The position numbers were made by a program, and so were the translations under genes. The notes beneath the pieces were generated by a model that ran no database searches, had not been told where the DNA came from, and was given only the letters and a program-made list of their open reading frames with translations. Positions 9,615 through 19,520 of a DNA stretch of 64,000 nucleotides are shown here, in pieces (position 1 is the first letter of the stretch; the number at the start of each line of letters is the position of its first letter). Location of the stretch: positions 417 through 64,416 of the forward strand of contig DASTWA010000009.1 in the NCBI GenBank assembly GCA_035758825.1, in the 5' to 3' direction. Origin of the DNA: Candidatus Saccharimonadales bacterium (GTDB taxonomy: Bacteria; Patescibacteriota; Saccharimonadia; Saccharimonadales; UBA4665).

Positions 9615-11795
9615 CTAGAGCTGAACTCGTTCCGGGGCAGCCTCGGTATCGCCGGCTCCGCCAAGTACTTCGTCGAGCGAGTTCACCAGCACCTCACGCG
9701 GCCTTGCGCCGTCTGCCGGGCCCACAATACCCTGCTCTTCCATGGTTTCGATTAGACGTGCTGCCCGGCCATAGCCGATACGCAAACGACGCTGCAGCAA
9801 GCTCGTACTTGCCTTTCGGCCTTCGATGACGACCTGTACGGCGTCGCGCCACATATCGTCATCCGCATCGTTGCCGCCGACGTCGGCAACCACACCGCCC
9901 TTGCCATTCAGCTGAACTGGCTGGCTAATGATCTCGTCGTCGTATTCTGGCGGTCGCTGCATTCGAATAAAGTCAGTAACCTTACCCGTTTCCTCATCGC
10001 TAATAAACGCGCCCTGGACACGCTTTGGTTTGGGCATATCGCTCGTTAGGAGCAGCATGTCACCCATACCCAGGAGTTTCTCGGCTCCCATTTGGTCGAT
10101 AATCGTACGGGAGTCGACCTGGCTTGCCACTGTAAAGGCGATGCGGGCTGGCACGTTGGCCTTAATCAGGCCGGTAATGACGTCTACGGACGGACGCTGG
10201 GTAGCAAGCACCAGATGGATACCGGCGGCACGGGCCTTCTGGGCTAACCTAACGATCAGGGCTTCGACGTCACGAGCCGCCATCATCATAAGGTCGGCCA
10301 GCTCATCGATCACGATAACGATGTACGGCATGCCCTCTTCTTTTTTGAGATTGTTGTACTCGGCGATATTCCGCTTGCCGACTTCGGCCATAGTGCGCAA
10401 ACGGCGCTCCATTTCGGCTACCGCCCATTTGAGGGCACTAATACACTTCTCGGGCTCGTTAATAACCGGCGTGAGCAAGTGCGGGATGTCATTATATGGC
10501 GTTAGCTCGACCTGCTTGGGGTCGACCAGAATCAATTTGAGGTCACTAGGACTATTGCGGTACAAGAGGCTCGTCAAAATGGCGTTTATCATTACCGACT
10601 TACCCGAACCGGTCTGGCCAGCCACCAGTAAGTGGGGCATCTTTGCCAAATCAGCGACGACTGGCTTACCAGAAATGTCTTTACCGATGGCGAAGCCCAA
10701 TGGGCCCTTGAGGTCCGACCAATCCCTGGCCTGGACGATTGAACTCAGGCGGACGATAGCAGATTTCACGTTGGGCACTTCGATACCAACAGCACGTTTG
10801 CCGGGGATAGGCGCCTCAATACGGATGGCGTGCGCAGCCAAGTCGAGCGCCAAGTTGTTCTCTAGGGCCGTAATCTTGGTCAGCTTAACGCCGGTTGGCG
10901 GCTTCATGGTGTACTGCGTAACACGAGGGCCTACATTGGCGCCCTCCATCTCAACATCAATATTAAAGTTAGCAAAAGTATCACGGATAGCCTGGGCGTT
11001 GCCGTTCACGTCGCCTGCATCAGCCTTGTCTTGCTTCTGGTCCAAGAGGTTGACGTCCGGGAACTTCCAATTGGGGTCGCTGGCTATGGTAAGTGCTTCC
11101 TGGCTGTCGGTTGGAGCAACTTTCTCGGCCGAGTTCTTTAGGGAACTCAAACGGAGCGGTTTGTCGCGCAGGCCCTGGCTATGTTCAACAGGTACGCCCT
11201 CATTGAGCTTAAAGCCGCTTGACTCAGCCTTGGCCTTTAGCTGACGCAAATCGGTGTCTTCTGACTTTGGCCGGGTAAATAGCTTGATCAGGTTCTTTAG
11301 CACCAGCGGAGAAATGCTGAGCGCAAAGAACACCGACAGAGTAATGAATACAATAAACATGATAGATGCCGGGAACTTGTCGAGCGCGCTGAGGGCCATG
11401 CCACCGAACAGCTGCCCTACTGCCCCGCCGTGACCGTCACTGAACGAGCCGTTTGTTTGCTTGACCGCCGACATCGTAAAAAACCAGCTGGCCGTAAAAA
11501 TTGCGATAGCAATCGTACTCGCCAGCCGGGCGATCGGCATGCGATGGTTCTCGGCGTTAAACTTATAAACACCCCAGTACACAAGGATCGCGGGCAACAA
11601 GTAAGCCGCCCAACCGAATGTAGCATATGCGCCGTTAAACAAAGTCTTGGGCAGTGGGCCACCGGTTCCGAAGCCGCCAAGGAGGATGAAGAGTGCGAGC
11701 ACAAAAAGGAGCACTGCTCCGGTTAGGAGCCAGAATGGGGATAGTTCCCTTGGCTCTGGTGCGGCCTTCTTGCGTGTTTGTTTTCTCTTTGCCAT
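9615..11795 (-). CDS. ftsK: DNA translocase FtsK/SpoIIIE
   Basis: 726 aa with N-terminal TM segments, Walker A GQTGSGKSV, Walker B VIVIDELADLMM and the gamma winged helix LLQRRLRIGYGRAARLIETMEEQGIVG. Confidence 0.95.
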   Translation of the reverse strand: MAKRKQTRKKAAPEPRELSPFWLLTGAVLLFVLALFILLGGFGTGGPLPKTLFNGAYATFGWAAYLLPAILVYWGVYKFNAENHRMPIARLASTIAIAIFTASWFFTMSAVKQTNGSFSDGHGGAVGQLFGGMALSALDKFPASIMFIVFITLSVFFALSISPLVLKNLIKLFTRPKSEDTDLRQLKAKAESSGFKLNEGVPVEHSQGLRDKPLRLSSLKNSAEKVAPTDSQEALTIASDPNWKFPDVNLLDQKQDKADAGDVNGNAQAIRDTFANFNIDVEMEGANVGPRVTQYTMKPPTGVKLTKITALENNLALDLAAHAIRIEAPIPGKRAVGIEVPNVKSAIVRLSSIVQARDWSDLKGPLGFAIGKDISGKPVVADLAKMPHLLVAGQTGSGKSVMINAILTSLLYRNSPSDLKLILVDPKQVELTPYNDIPHLLTPVINEPEKCISALKWAVAEMERRLRTMAEVGKRNIAEYNNLKKEEGMPYIVIVIDELADLMMMAARDVEALIVRLAQKARAAGIHLVLATQRPSVDVITGLIKANVPARIAFTVASQVDSRTIIDQMGAEKLLGMGDMLLLTSDMPKPKRVQGAFISDEETGKVTDFIRMQRPPEYDDEIISQPVQLNGKGGVVADVGGNDADDDMWRDAVQVVIEGRKASTSLLQRRLRIGYGRAARLIETMEEQGIVGPADGARPREVLVNSLDEVLGGAGDTEAAPERVQL

Positions 11796-11876
11796 AACGG
11801 TTTTAGTTTAGCACGTTTTGTAAGGAGGTTACATCTGTTAGAGTAAGAATTTTACAGATGAACATTTACAGATGTA

Positions 11877-11905
11877 ATTATAGCAAAATTTACAACTATT
11901 GTCAA
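11877..11905 (-). promoter_or_regulatory. consensus sigma70 promoter upstream of ftsK
   Basis: The minus strand reads TTGACA-17 nt-TATAAT (-35 at 11905-11900, -10 at 11882-11877), about 80 nt upstream of the ftsK ATG. It is flanked by ACATCTGT/ACAGATGT repeats. Confidence 0.6.
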
Positions 11906-12089
11906 TCTAAGCATTAGCATGTTTTGCCCCTTCGAGCGCTCAAACTAATAAAAATAGACCCTTGGTTTTGACTATTTTGGTCATTGCCATTTGGGTCTAT
12001 TTTAGATGTTTGGTAAGAACTTATTTTGAGTTCTTATGGGTCTTTGGCCTTTGAAACAACTTTGTTTTTGTTTTCTTTAGCCTATGTAC

Positions 12090-12118
12090 ACTATACCAAA
12101 CATTAGCGTTTTTGTCAA
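12090..12118 (-). promoter_or_regulatory. near-consensus sigma70 promoter 15 nt downstream of the rnj stop
   Basis: The minus strand reads TTGACA-17 nt-TATAGT (-35 at 12118-12113, -10 at 12095-12090). Confidence 0.5.
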
Positions 12119-12132
12119 TATGCTTACACAAA

Positions 12133-14208
12133 TTAGTCGGTGCGGGCGTCTTGGCCAAGCAAGCGGGCGCGCATTTCCTGGAAGCGGCGCTCCTGATCCT
12201 GAGCCATTTCTTCGCCGGTCTTGGTGCGACCACCGGCGGCCACCTTCACATCTTTGATTCCGCCACCACCGATGACGTTCACCACCGGGATGACGATCGG
12301 GCTGCGTTGGGTCTGGTCAAACAAAAAGTGTGTGACGTGGTCTTTGAGCTCGGCCTTGAAGCGATCCAGGTCAACACGCTTAAAGCGCTGCTGCACCGCC
12401 CTGCGAAGCTCTTGACGCAAATTGTTCATAAGCTCTTCGTTGTCGCGCATATAGATGAATCCGCGGCTGATAATATCGGGGCTAGTCAGCAGGTTGCCGT
12501 TCTTTTTATCGACAGTTAAGACAACAGCCACCAGGCCTTCTTCGGCCAGCAGGACGCGGTCCTTGACTACGACATTGCTGACAACGGCACCAGTTTGGTC
12601 GACCAGGACGGTGCCATGAGGGACTTCACCAGCGATCTCTATGCTGTCCTTGGTCAGAGCGATAACCTGGCCATTCAGGACGTTAACGCAATTCTTGCGG
12701 GGTATGCCCTGCTCGACAGCCACATCAATGTGGCGCTGCTTAACGCGATATGCGCCGTAGATCGGGATAAAGAACTTAGGGCGGGTAAGCTGGATCATCT
12801 CGGCATACTCATCGCGTGAAGCGTGACCCGATACGTGCAATGGGCCGACGCCATCAAGTTCGTGGTTGCGGTGCTCAAAGACGTGCACGCCCTTTTGAGC
12901 CAAACCGTCGACCATGGTGCCAATGAGGGCGTCGTTGCCTGATTCTGGGATTGGGGTGGAACTTAGGATAACAGTATCCTGCTCCTTGAGCTTGATGTGC
13001 TTGTGGTCGCCGCTGGCCATGCGCTGCAAAGCGGAGCTTGGTTCGCCCTGGCTACCGGTGCATACGACAACGATTTGCTCGTCCTTCATGGACGGCACAT
13101 TGGCGATTGGCACGAAAGTCCCCTTTGGAATGCGCACAAAACCGTGCCGGACTGCCATTTCGAGTGTAGAAACCATGCTTCGTCCGTCCATGGCGACCTT
13201 GCGGCCGTGGTGGACGGCGGCATTGATGATCATCTGGACACGGTTCATGTTGGTTGAAAACAGCCCAATGAAGATACGGCCTGGAGCTTGCTGCATAATG
13301 TCGATAAAGCTCTGCTCAATGGTGCTTTCGGATGGGGTGCGGCCCATGCGTTCGACAGTGGTGCTTTCGGAAAGCAAGGCCAGGACGCCTTCGTCGCCTA
13401 GCTCGCGCAGGCGGTCGTAGTCGCTGCGCTCGTGGTCAAGCGGATTGGGGTCGAAACGGAAGTCACCGGTGTTGATCAACCGGCCAACTGGGGTGTCAAG
13501 TACGATACAAGTACTGCCCGGGATGGAGTGCGTAATGCGCACCAGTTCCACAAAGAACTCACCGATCTTCAGTCGTTCGTGGGTGTCTTCGTTCATGGTG
13601 ACAGTCTTTAGCTCGAAGCCGTCAGGCATTGGCAGGCCGAAGTTCTCGAAGATTTCTTCTACGCGGCCGATGGTAAATTTGGAACCGTAAATCGGCGCCG
13701 GGAATTTGGGTACGATGTGCGGCAGACCACCGATGTGGTCGAGGTGTCCGTGGGTAATAACATAGCCGCGCAGCTTGTGGCGGATACTTTCCATGTAGGT
13801 GGTGTCGGCAATGCCGTAGTTTATGCCGGGCAGGTCCACACCTAGGTCGTTACCACAGTCCATGACCACGGCGTCGTTTTGGTACTCGACGAGAAGCATG
13901 TTCTTGGAACCACCACCGTCCATACCGCCCAGGCCGATAAGTTTGAGGCGGGGGCTGTCGTCGATAAAGTTAGCCCGGCGCTTGGCCTCGGTTGCCTGCA
14001 TCGGCTGTGCTGCGGCGTACTGGTTGGCGATCTTTTGGGCGTCAGCCTGTGAACGCTTCTGGGCGCGCACAGCCGCACCGCGGGACACCGACGCTGCCAT
14101 TGGTTTTAGTTGTTGGTTTCTACCGTTTGCGCGGTTTCCACTGCCTTGTCCGCCGCGCGGGGCTCTAGGGCGTTGGTTCTTTTGATTGTTTTTTGGTTCG
14201 TTATCCAT
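12133..14208 (-). CDS. rnj: ribonuclease J
   Basis: 691 aa with the metallo-beta-lactamase motif THGHLDHIGG, a beta-CASP region and a C-terminal domain. A basic N-terminal extension of about 85 aa precedes these. AAGGAA lies upstream of the ATG. Confidence 0.9.
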   Translation of the reverse strand: MDNEPKNNQKNQRPRAPRGGQGSGNRANGRNQQLKPMAASVSRGAAVRAQKRSQADAQKIANQYAAAQPMQATEAKRRANFIDDSPRLKLIGLGGMDGGGSKNMLLVEYQNDAVVMDCGNDLGVDLPGINYGIADTTYMESIRHKLRGYVITHGHLDHIGGLPHIVPKFPAPIYGSKFTIGRVEEIFENFGLPMPDGFELKTVTMNEDTHERLKIGEFFVELVRITHSIPGSTCIVLDTPVGRLINTGDFRFDPNPLDHERSDYDRLRELGDEGVLALLSESTTVERMGRTPSESTIEQSFIDIMQQAPGRIFIGLFSTNMNRVQMIINAAVHHGRKVAMDGRSMVSTLEMAVRHGFVRIPKGTFVPIANVPSMKDEQIVVVCTGSQGEPSSALQRMASGDHKHIKLKEQDTVILSSTPIPESGNDALIGTMVDGLAQKGVHVFEHRNHELDGVGPLHVSGHASRDEYAEMIQLTRPKFFIPIYGAYRVKQRHIDVAVEQGIPRKNCVNVLNGQVIALTKDSIEIAGEVPHGTVLVDQTGAVVSNVVVKDRVLLAEEGLVAVVLTVDKKNGNLLTSPDIISRGFIYMRDNEELMNNLRQELRRAVQQRFKRVDLDRFKAELKDHVTHFLFDQTQRSPIVIPVVNVIGGGGIKDVKVAAGGRTKTGEEMAQDQERRFQEMRARLLGQDARTD

Positions 14209-14229
14209 TATTAGATTCCTTTTGATTGC

Positions 14230-14847
14230 TTATTTAGTAATTTGTTTGAGGGCGCCCGGGATTCCTGAAAAATCATCCATGAGGGTTTGACGCAGCCCTC
14301 TGTTATATATGGCTGCCGCAGGGTGAAAGAGCGGCAAAATGGCAAACTCGACAGTTGTGCCAGGTTTGAGCACCGAAGGTAATGTTACCTTTTGGAACTC
14401 ACCGTGGACCTTAGAAATCTGCAAGTCCGGCAAGAAGCAATTCATGCTGTGACGACCGAGGGTTGCGACAAGCTTTGGATTAATTACTTCCAGCTGGGCC
14501 TGCATATAGGGCCAAGAGGCCGCTTTTTCTTCAGGTAACGGATCACGGTTCTGGGGTGGCCGATACTTGATGATACTTGTAATGTACACGTCTTCACGCC
14601 GGAGTCCAATGTGCTCTAGTAATTCGTTCAGGAACTTTCCAGCCGCACCGACGAACGGTAAACCGGTCAAGTCTTCATTCTTGCCTGGCGCTTCACCAAT
14701 GAAGACGATTTCGGCGTTTGGGCTGCCATCACCAAACACCATGTTCGTGGCCGTCTTGGCCAGATTGGGACAGATATTTTGTTTGATCATATCTGCCTTG
14801 ATCTGGTCGAGCTGAGCTTGTTTGTCACCCAGGCTCGGAGCAATCAT
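14230..14847 (-). CDS. uracil-DNA glycosylase, family 4
   Basis: 205 aa with GEAPGKNEDLTGLPFVGAAGKFLN and the FHPAAAIYN motifs. Confidence 0.85.
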   Translation of the reverse strand: MIAPSLGDKQAQLDQIKADMIKQNICPNLAKTATNMVFGDGSPNAEIVFIGEAPGKNEDLTGLPFVGAAGKFLNELLEHIGLRREDVYITSIIKYRPPQNRDPLPEEKAASWPYMQAQLEVINPKLVATLGRHSMNCFLPDLQISKVHGEFQKVTLPSVLKPGTTVEFAILPLFHPAAAIYNRGLRQTLMDDFSGIPGALKQITK

Positions 14848-14848
14848 C

Positions 14849-15055
14849 TTACTTCTTGCTCCTAGCCTGGTAAAACTGAACTATATTTTTAATTCCCAGG
14901 CCAAGCAGGATGGCTGCGATACCGTATTCCAGCCAGCTCCCTGTGTCAATCGCACGGGAAGCTGCCAGGCAAGCCAGCCCGAAGGCTACTCCCGCCAACA
15001 CGAGACTGGCGATTGGCGGGAGCTGTATGCGCTTGCTACTTACTGGCTTTTCCAT
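14849..15055 (-). CDS. small 2-TM membrane protein
   Basis: 68 aa with two hydrophobic helices. It overlaps the pnp 3' end by 20 nt and abuts the UDG gene. Confidence 0.4.
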   Translation of the reverse strand: MEKPVSSKRIQLPPIASLVLAGVAFGLACLAASRAIDTGSWLEYGIAAILLGLGIKNIVQFYQARSKK

Positions 15056-17183
15056 CTTTTAGATCCCTGGCGGCAGCCTTCATGCTGAGCTGCAGACGAC
15101 CGCGGTCGTCGATGGCGACCAGCTTAACAGTCACCTTGTCGCCTTCTTTGACGACGTCGCTTGGCTTATTGACGCGTTCTTCCTTCATCTCGGAGACGTG
15201 CACCAGACCGTCCTTGCCTGGCAGGATCTGGACGAAGGCACCGAAGTCCATAACACTTACGACGGGCTTGTCAAAGTAAATCCTGCCGACTTCCGGCTCT
15301 TCGACAATGCTCTTGATCCATTCGATAGCCTTTTCGATGCTGGCACCGTCAGGGCTGGCGATCATAATCGTTCCATCGTCCTGGATATCGATCTCGGCAC
15401 CGGTCTCGGCAGTAATCTTCTGAATGGTTTCGCCACCCTTACCGATTACTTCACGGATCTTGTCCGGATTAATCTTGATGCTTTCGACACGTGGAGCGTA
15501 CGGGCTCAGTTCCTTGCGAGGCTCAGCGATTACGCTCAGCATGTGCTCGAGGATGTGGGCGCGGCCTTCCTTGCCCTGCATAAGGGCTTCTTTAAGGGTT
15601 TCGACTGGCAAACCGTGAACCTTCATGTCCATCTGGAGGGCGGTGATACCGTTGCTGGTACCAGTCACCTTAAAGTCCATATCGCCGGCAAAGTCTTCGG
15701 CGTCAGCGATGTCGCTCAAGATAACTGTCCTGTCGCCGTCCTTCATCAGACCCATGGCGATACCGCTCACTGGTGCTTTTAGAGGGACGCCGGCATCCAT
15801 TAAGGCCAAACAGCTGGAACAAGTGGCTGCCATCGAGGTGCTGCCGTTCTGGCTCATGATCTCGGTCACGGAACGGATAGCGTACGGGAAGACGTCGACG
15901 TCTGGGATCACTGGCAGCAAAGCCCGCTCAGCCAGTGCCGAGTGACCAATTTCGCGGCGGCCAGGAGAGCCCAGGCGGCGCACTTCACCGACGGTGTAGC
16001 CAGGGGCGTTGTAGTGGTGCATGTAACGCTTTTCTTCGTCGCGCTCCATGGTGTCTACAACCTGGGCATAGCTCGTCGGGGCCAATGTAACAATGTTCAT
16101 GCCCTGGGTCAGACCGCGGGTAAAGATGCTCGAACCGTGGGCCCGTGGCAAAAAGCCAACCTGACTGGACAGCGGACGGACTTCGGTAAACGTACGGCCG
16201 TCGGGGCGCACACCGTCTTCTAGGATACCCTTGCGGACATCTTTGTTGGCGGCGCTGGCAAAGGCATCGGCATATTCCTGCTTGAGGTCAGCAAATTGCT
16301 CGCCAAGCTTTTCTTCGAAGTGAGCGAGCAGGGCTTCGCGAAGCTCGTGCATGCGCTGATGGCGTTCAGCCATTGGGGCGCGGAGCTTATCGCCCATCTT
16401 GCCGTCCAAGAAAGCGTCGACTTCCTTTTGGATGCCCTCGCTTGGCAGAGTCAGTTCGTACTCTTGCTTGGCAACGCCGACCTTCTCTACCAGTTCGCGT
16501 TGCAGCGCGATTGCTGGTTGCATCTGTTCGTAGGCAAAGGTTAAGGCTTCGGCAACTTCGTCTTCGCTGACTTCGTTGGCACCGGCTTCAACCATCATGA
16601 TGGCTTCGGCGGTACCGGCGACCACCAGGTCGAGCTTGTTCTTGGCCAGTGCTTCGGCACTCAGGAATGGCGCCAGCTTGCCGTTTTCATCGTAGCCGAC
16701 GCGCAGACCAGCTACCGGACCCTCAAATGGGGCGCCAGTCAGCATAAAGGCAGCGCTCATGGCGATCATGGCAACCATATCAGGACGGAAGGTCGGATCG
16801 GTGCTGAGCACGGTTGCGACACCCTGTACCTCGTGACGGTAGCCTTTTGGCCACAGCGGACGGATTGGCCGGTCGATCAGACGACCGATAAGGATGGCCT
16901 CCTCGGAAGGACGGCCTTCACGCTTAATAAAACGGGAACCACTGATCTTGCCTGCTGCGTACATCTTTTCTTCGTAGTCGATGCTCAGCGGGAAGTAATC
17001 CATGCCGGTTACTGGCTTATCGCTGACCATAGCGGTCCCGAGCACGACGGTGTCGCCGTAACGGGCAATAACCGAGGCGCTGGTACGGAACCCAACACGG
17101 CCAACTTCGAGGCTTAGCTTACGACCGCAAAACTCGGTCTCTACTAACACGATAGGCTTGTTGTGTGGATTGATGATTTCCAT
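15036..17183 (-). CDS. pnp: polyribonucleotide nucleotidyltransferase (PNPase)
   Basis: 715 aa with two RNase PH domains, a KH domain (GKGGETIQKITAETGAEIDI) and an S1 domain (VMDFGAFVQILPGKDGLVHVSE). Confidence 0.97.
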   Translation of the reverse strand: MEIINPHNKPIVLVETEFCGRKLSLEVGRVGFRTSASVIARYGDTVVLGTAMVSDKPVTGMDYFPLSIDYEEKMYAAGKISGSRFIKREGRPSEEAILIGRLIDRPIRPLWPKGYRHEVQGVATVLSTDPTFRPDMVAMIAMSAAFMLTGAPFEGPVAGLRVGYDENGKLAPFLSAEALAKNKLDLVVAGTAEAIMMVEAGANEVSEDEVAEALTFAYEQMQPAIALQRELVEKVGVAKQEYELTLPSEGIQKEVDAFLDGKMGDKLRAPMAERHQRMHELREALLAHFEEKLGEQFADLKQEYADAFASAANKDVRKGILEDGVRPDGRTFTEVRPLSSQVGFLPRAHGSSIFTRGLTQGMNIVTLAPTSYAQVVDTMERDEEKRYMHHYNAPGYTVGEVRRLGSPGRREIGHSALAERALLPVIPDVDVFPYAIRSVTEIMSQNGSTSMAATCSSCLALMDAGVPLKAPVSGIAMGLMKDGDRTVILSDIADAEDFAGDMDFKVTGTSNGITALQMDMKVHGLPVETLKEALMQGKEGRAHILEHMLSVIAEPRKELSPYAPRVESIKINPDKIREVIGKGGETIQKITAETGAEIDIQDDGTIMIASPDGASIEKAIEWIKSIVEEPEVGRIYFDKPVVSVMDFGAFVQILPGKDGLVHVSEMKEERVNKPSDVVKEGDKVTVKLVAIDDRGRLQLSMKAAARDLKDGKASK

Positions 17184-17377
17184 TCTGTGTTTATATTCGC
17201 CTTTCTTGGCTCAGAGGTGCTAACGAACACAGTGCAAATATATTGCTAGCCCCTTGTGCTATTTTCTGGGAGCGATATATCTGACCCCTGTTCGCTAGTC
17301 AAACTACTCTAGTAGCCTTAATGTGCACAAGCTTGTGGCCTCTGCCAAAAGGAAGAGACCAGTAGTCTATGCACCAA

Positions 17378-17644
17378 TTACCGGCGAATGCCGAGCTTCT
17401 TGATGAGGTCAAGGTACGCCTGGCCATCGTGTGCGGCAATGTACTGCAGATGACGCTTGCGCTGACCTACGAGCTGCAAAAGACCACGGCGTGCTGCGAA
17501 GTCTTTCTTGTTCACCTTAAGGTGCTCAGTCAACTCCTTGATGCGCTCGGTCATAATGCCCACCTGGACAGCGGCGCTACCGGTATCAGTCTTGTGACCC
17601 TGCAGGCCCTTGATAACTGCTTGTTTTTTCTCACTTGTAATCAT
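17378..17644 (-). CDS. rpsO: 30S ribosomal protein S15
   Basis: 88 aa with …HKTDTGSAAVQVGIMTERIKELTEHLKVNKKDFAARRGLL…. Confidence 0.95.
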   Translation of the reverse strand: MITSEKKQAVIKGLQGHKTDTGSAAVQVGIMTERIKELTEHLKVNKKDFAARRGLLQLVGQRKRHLQYIAAHDGQAYLDLIKKLGIRR

Positions 17645-17653
17645 ACTTGAGCT

Positions 17654-17682
17654 ATTTTATCAGATACCTACCCCTAATTCAA
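17654..17682 (-). promoter_or_regulatory. sigma70-type promoter of rpsO
   Basis: The minus strand reads TTGAAT-17 nt-TAAAAT. The -35 begins 7 nt after the stop of the upstream tail-fibre-like ORF. Confidence 0.5.
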
Positions 17683-17688
17683 GGTGTT

Positions 17689-18498
17689 TTATGCCGGCCT
17701 GAGAGCGATGGTAGCCAGTGCCCAGCGGCGAGATTGGGTAATTGTTGCCGCGAAGGGCCCCTGCGACCCAGTGCCTGGCGTGAGCATATTGTAGGTAGCC
17801 AGGGCGGTATTATTTGTGGTGTTAGTGGTACAAGTCGTTAATTCGTCGCTAAAGCCCGTGGGGTCAGTCCAATCCGTAGCACTCAAGGTCGTACCGGTGG
17901 TGGTAGGTACACCGTACACCGCCACGATCATCGCGCCGGTGGTGGTCACTGTAATTGCTGGGGCCGAAGCGGTAGTCGCGGTTACTGTCGCCTCGCCAAA
18001 AACCACCGCGGTGTCTAATGGCGTCGTTTGATTCACGTTCGAGTACGCTCGCAGGTGAGCCGTGTAGTTCTCGGCAGTAGTCGAAGTAGTCGTAACAGTC
18101 GCCCCCGCGTCTCCGGCCTGCGCCAGCCTAGTATAGACAGCAAGAGTATACGCTGCCGCTCCGGCCCGCTGCTCCCCTTGCTTGGTCCAGCCCGAAATGG
18201 CATTAAAAAGCGGGCTGCCGTTAAAACTCTGCGCCACCACCAAGACTAGCATATCCCCCACCTCAACAGTCGCTGGAATGGTAAGGTCCAGGGTATTGAC
18301 CGCATTCGCTTGGTTGGAGGCCGTCGCACGAAGGCCAATAGTCGCAGGAGGCGACCCGGGAAAAATTGTCTGCCAGGCGCTGCCGTCCCAATATTTGATA
18401 TCCGTTGGCACCACCCAGGAGGAGCCATTCCAATAAGAACACTTATCCGCAGTGAGCGGGGTCCAGGAGGAGCCATTCCATATCTGTGGCGTAGCCAT
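17689..18498 (-). CDS. phage-tail-associated-like protein with N-terminal WxGSxW repeats
   Basis: 269 aa with the repeats IWNGSSWTP, YWNGSSWVVP and YWDGSAWQT, followed by a Thr/Ala-rich beta-type domain. There is no signal peptide. Confidence 0.6.
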   Translation of the reverse strand: MATPQIWNGSSWTPLTADKCSYWNGSSWVVPTDIKYWDGSAWQTIFPGSPPATIGLRATASNQANAVNTLDLTIPATVEVGDMLVLVVAQSFNGSPLFNAISGWTKQGEQRAGAAAYTLAVYTRLAQAGDAGATVTTTSTTAENYTAHLRAYSNVNQTTPLDTAVVFGEATVTATTASAPAITVTTTGAMIVAVYGVPTTTGTTLSATDWTDPTGFSDELTTCTTNTTNNTALATYNMLTPGTGSQGPFAATITQSRRWALATIALRPA

Positions 18499-18506
18499 AC
18501 ACTAAC

Positions 18507-19520
18507 CTACGGTTGGATCCACAAGTCGCCCACCCTCGGACTTGAAGGCTGCGAAGCGCCATAGCTTACTTTGCGATCAACATTCGGGGCCGTCACGACA
18601 CCCGTCGGGCTTACCGAGAACAAAGGATTGTTGGATATGTCTGTAGCCTCAATAAGGTTGCCGCTTTGGGTGCCGCTATTGGCCACCTTGACCCTTAGTG
18701 GTACGCGGCTTGCGGCAGAGGCGATTACCCGCAGCTCGCCGAATTCATTAAAGTAACCCGTACGGGACCCGCCATAGTACACGGCCAGGGTGTCTGGCGC
18801 CGAACTCCGGTCACCGCTCGGAATGTCGATGCGCACCGCCTGTGTGACGGCATCACTCATTGTTATTTGGGTAGCCCCGGTTAACGTCTTGTTACCGCTG
18901 ATGGTTTCTGTGCCGGCCAGGTGCACGACGGCATTATCGTTTGCCTTGGCGTTCAAGGCGGTCTGGGTAGCGGAACTAACCGGTTTGTTAGTATCCGACG
19001 TGTTGTCAACATTTGCCAAACCGACGTCTGTCTTGGTGAGTGTCAGATCAGTCTTTAGCTGTGCCGGCGTGCGGTTAGTCCAGGCCCCCGCCTTACGCTG
19101 GAGAACATCGTCGTTTGCGGGGGTAAGCCCGGCAATCGCCGTCAGGTCGGCGTCAGCATCCTGCTTGGAGGCCAACCCCGGCACGGTCGGACTGGCGGCC
19201 GTACCGCCAAGGTCGCCAGCCAGCTGAACAATGCCCTTGTTGGTGGTAGTGGCGTCTGGGGCACCACTTGAGGCTACTGAATCTACATAGGTTTTGTTAG
19301 CGGCATCGGTGCCGTTAGTTGGTGCCGGCACGACTGGCGAGCTGGAAAAGGTCTTCACGCCAGCGACATTCTGGGCGCCGGTAGTCTGAACAAAACCGCT
19401 GAGCGTGCCATCGGTTCGGACCTTGAGGGAACCATCGCTGTTATGCTCCACGTTCAAGAATTCATTGAGGATTATACCCCATTGCCCGCCATCGCTACCA
19501 GGTTGTGGAAGTCGTGCCAT
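18507..19520 (-). CDS. tail-fibre-like protein
   Basis: 337 aa with the N-terminal module MARLPQPGSDGGQWGIILNEFLNVEHNSDGSLK, which is shared with ORF 28620-30134. It also has the TNKGIVQLAGDLGGTAASPTV motif and T/N/A-rich repeats. There is no signal peptide. Confidence 0.65.
   Translation of the reverse strand: MARLPQPGSDGGQWGIILNEFLNVEHNSDGSLKVRTDGTLSGFVQTTGAQNVAGVKTFSSSPVVPAPTNGTDAANKTYVDSVASSGAPDATTTNKGIVQLAGDLGGTAASPTVPGLASKQDADADLTAIAGLTPANDDVLQRKAGAWTNRTPAQLKTDLTLTKTDVGLANVDNTSDTNKPVSSATQTALNAKANDNAVVHLAGTETISGNKTLTGATQITMSDAVTQAVRIDIPSGDRSSAPDTLAVYYGGSRTGYFNEFGELRVIASAASRVPLRVKVANSGTQSGNLIEATDISNNPLFSVSPTGVVTAPNVDRKVSYGASQPSSPRVGDLWIQP

Noticed and set aside
9928-11244. 438-aa plus-strand ORF
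   Set aside because: It lies entirely antisense to ftsK, whose minus-strand product has unambiguous Walker and gamma-domain motifs. The antisense product is Ser/Arg/Leu-rich and low complexity, typical of a shadow ORF in GC-balanced DNA.
11796-12132. Replication origin (AT-rich, repeats)
   Set aside because: There are no TTATCCACA-type DnaA boxes and no dnaA or dnaN nearby. The repeats are better explained as promoter and operator elements.
17689-19520. Prophage or prophage remnant call for the tail-fibre-like genes (also 28620-30134)
   Set aside because: No integrase, terminase, portal, capsid, tape-measure or lysis gene is present in 64 kb, and no att-like direct repeats are visible. I therefore did not annotate them as a mobile element, only as phage-like cargo genes.
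17689-19520. Diversity-generating retroelement target (variable C-terminal domain of fibre-like proteins)
   Set aside because: No reverse transcriptase gene is present, and I saw no template/variable repeat pair in the window.
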